Below are positions 61,877 through 64,000 of a DNA stretch of 64,000 bases, piece by piece. Every line of letters begins with the position of its first letter. Position 1 is the stretch's first letter. Under the pieces are notes generated by a model. That model was not told where the DNA came from. It was given only the letters and a program-made list of their open reading frames with translations, and ran no database searches. The position numbers and the translations under genes were made by a program. The stretch comes from Octopus sinensis (taxonomy: Eukaryota): assembly GCF_006345805.1 (NCBI RefSeq), contig NC_042997.1:168206001-168270000 (forward strand), given 5' to 3'.

Positions 61877-62238
61877 CTAGCACTATGACCCGGCGTTGCC
61901 GGGTCATAGTGCTAGTGCATGCATATACAGCTGCGTGCGTGCGCACATACTCGTGAGTACTGTCCAGATCTCCAACCAATCACATACAGCTAGCTGGCAT
62001 TCAATTGGCGTATCAAGTTTTGGGCATTTTGATTGGGTTTTGGATAGAAAATTCACAAAAAAGTCACTTCCATTGATTTTTTAATGGCTTTGCAGGGTGA
62101 CTGGGGAAATGTAAAGATGTGCACAACCACCCTTGGACGGTTTTGAATGACCATAGAAAGTGCAAGCCCTCTAACTGAAAAATTGTGGATTTGTATAAAG
62201 GACACACATGCAGACATTTTACTGTTTATATATAGAGG
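61877..62238 (-). mobile_element. Non-autonomous Helitron with an extended 3' palindrome
   Basis: 3' CTAG at 61877-61880; 5' motif like the other copies near 62238. Confidence 0.7.
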
Positions 62239-62519
62239 TAACACACTCATACACATATGTAAATGTATACACACTCAGGTAATAATGAGTTTAAGATAGT
62301 GGTTTCTAAAGACATTCTGTGTTGGCAATCAGGAAGTTGAGTTATTTCTTGTAGCAAATTATATTTCTAGATTACTAATAAACAAAAACCTTCTTGGGAT
62401 GCAGATTTTGAAGATTAAATTCTGTTTTTGTCTAGGATGCATTGTTTTGGTGCCTTTCGGTGACATGCACATATACATATACACATACACTCTCATTTAT
62501 AAAGTATATATATATATGG

Positions 62520-62846
62520 AAATTGTAGTTGTGATACCTGTGCCGGTGGCACGTAAGAAGCACCATCTGAATGTGGCCGATGCTAGCGCTGGCTTCCGTG
62601 CCGGTGGCACGTAAAAAGCACCAACTGATCATGGCCGTTGCCAGCCTCCCCTGGCACCTGTGCCAGTGGCACGTAAAAAGCACCCGCTACACTCACGGAG
62701 TGGTTGGTCTTAGGAAGGGCATCCAGCTATAGAAAACACTGCCAGGTCAGATTGGAGCCTGGTGCAACCTCCTGGCTTCCCAGACCCCGGTCGAACTGTC
62801 CAACCCATGCTAGTATGGGAAACGGACGTTAAACGATGATGATGAT
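62520..62846 (+). mobile_element. RTE-tail element with an internal tandem array
   Basis: Three gtgcc.gtggcacgtaa.aagcacc units, then the standard tail and (atg)n. Confidence 0.8.
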
Positions 62847-63789
62847 ATGTATATATATGAAAAGTTCCAGGCTTTAGAGAAAAAAATACAGGAGGATCAG
62901 TTAATTGTGATTTTATTAAACATATTCCCCTCTCAGAATCACACACTGCGGTTGTCCTTCAGTTTTCCTAAACCCTGTAAAAGAACTGGAAGGTTGGACC
63001 TCCAACCAGGCCTTTTGCAATACCCTTAAAACCGGGAACTTTTCAGTATCCCCCTCATATATATTTAAGTATAAATATATGTATACATATGTGTGTGTGT
63101 GTGTGTGTGCGTGCATGTATATTTGTTTGTTTGTATACACATATGTATGTATATTATATTAAAGACACACGTGTGTCTATGGTTCTGTATTTTTGCTGCA
63201 TTTTCATATTTGTCTCTTTTCTTTAGTTTAAAACTATAAAGTTCTTAGTTTCATCAATAGTTGTGGACCTTAATCTTATTTTCTGTTTGAAGTGATTGTT
63301 AGTGGCATTTCTATAGTAAGTAGCAAGGATTGTTGAGAATGATGATGTTAATGTCATGGCAGAGTTTAAAAATTTTATACCTCGCTATTGCCAATATTGT
63401 AATTTCATTTTGGAAGGCTATATTAACTAATGACATGATTAACTAAACATTTTTGTTTCATGTTCAGTAAACACCTTGTTATAAATGCCTGATCAGTGAG
63501 TGAAGAAGTGTCATGCTTATATGCATGATGTAACAGTTTACATTAGGGAGTTAACTCAACTTCCAAGCTTACACTAAAATTTTAATATTGCATTGGTATG
63601 CTCTGTTGCTTGTCAAATTGCTTTGTGTTTGATAAAGATATTTTTAGTTATGATGTTTGTCATGAGGTACATTTCAGAAGTTTGCAGACTTTTTTAGGAC
63701 ATGCCATTATAAATATCTGAGATTGTAATTTTAGTTATATCATTACTATATATTTAATAAGCTGACCTGTCAACTTTTGTTATTCCAGA

Positions 63790-64000
63790 TCGAAGGAAAC
63801 AGCTGTAACAGCACTTTGAAAACATCCTGCTTAAACACTGCTCATCACAGATGGCTAGTTTGCAGAAAGCAGTGGGGGTGCTCGGAAGCTTGTTGTGCAA
63901 AAACACTACAGAAATTTATGAAATGCACCAGACTTATTATAGATTGACTTTTTCTCTGACACCAAAGGTTCATAGATGGCTGAAAGGAGGTGAGAGATGA
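63790..64000 (+). mobile_element. Degenerate mariner 5' fragment, running off the window
   Basis: KNTTEIYEMHQTYY resembles KNATETYEMLQTA; nucleotide similarity to 41150-41310 (cagcacttt.aa.acatcct...ctagtttgcagaa.gcagt). Confidence 0.7.

Noticed and set aside
623-63140. Most remaining 60-130-aa ORFs in the supplied track
   Set aside because: They arise from SINEs, microsatellites, antisense frames of transposon remnants or low-complexity sequence and have no protein-family motifs.
63851-63989. MASLQKAVGVLGSLL... as the first exon of a mitochondrial protein
   Set aside because: It aligns at DNA and protein level with the mariner 5' fragment at 41020-41345 (KNATETYEM motif), so it is treated as transposon-derived.

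Overview
Eukaryotic, AT-rich, repeat-dense animal DNA. The SINE/LINE families present look like those of Octopus (inference from repeat content, not verified). One host gene is well supported: the 5' half of TMEM104 (SLC38A12, amino-acid-transporter-like membrane protein) on the minus strand. Seven coding exons run from the ATG at 38550 to 3221 and splice in frame to MAGDITSSGAQYPTV-LGLIYVFNLIVGTGALAMPK...EAMAVANF...LYDITERVEM-GHMASLFFNK-VGVLFFYICIIVYLYGDLAIYGAAVP; the gene continues past the left edge. A disrupted 5' fragment resembling PTCD3/mS39 lies at 52.6-52.9 kb. Almost everything else is transposon-derived: several tRNA-derived SINE families, RTE, CR1, R4/Dong and L1/Tx1-type LINE pieces, mariner, maT-like, Tigger, piggyBac and hAT elements, Helitrons, LTR-like segments and microsatellites. 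No CRISPR array, rRNA or genuine tRNA gene was found. The most unusual observations are: (1) a head-to-head palindromic element with a tRNA-derived head and an intact Penelope-type minimal hammerhead ribozyme inside a TMEM104 intron; (2) a complete, TSD-flanked retroelement encoding only an ORF1 whose 3' tail matches the young SINE family; (3) the PTCD3-like fragment between inverted repeats; (4) several long hairpins next to TMEM104 exons. All calls are from manual reading; no database searches were run.
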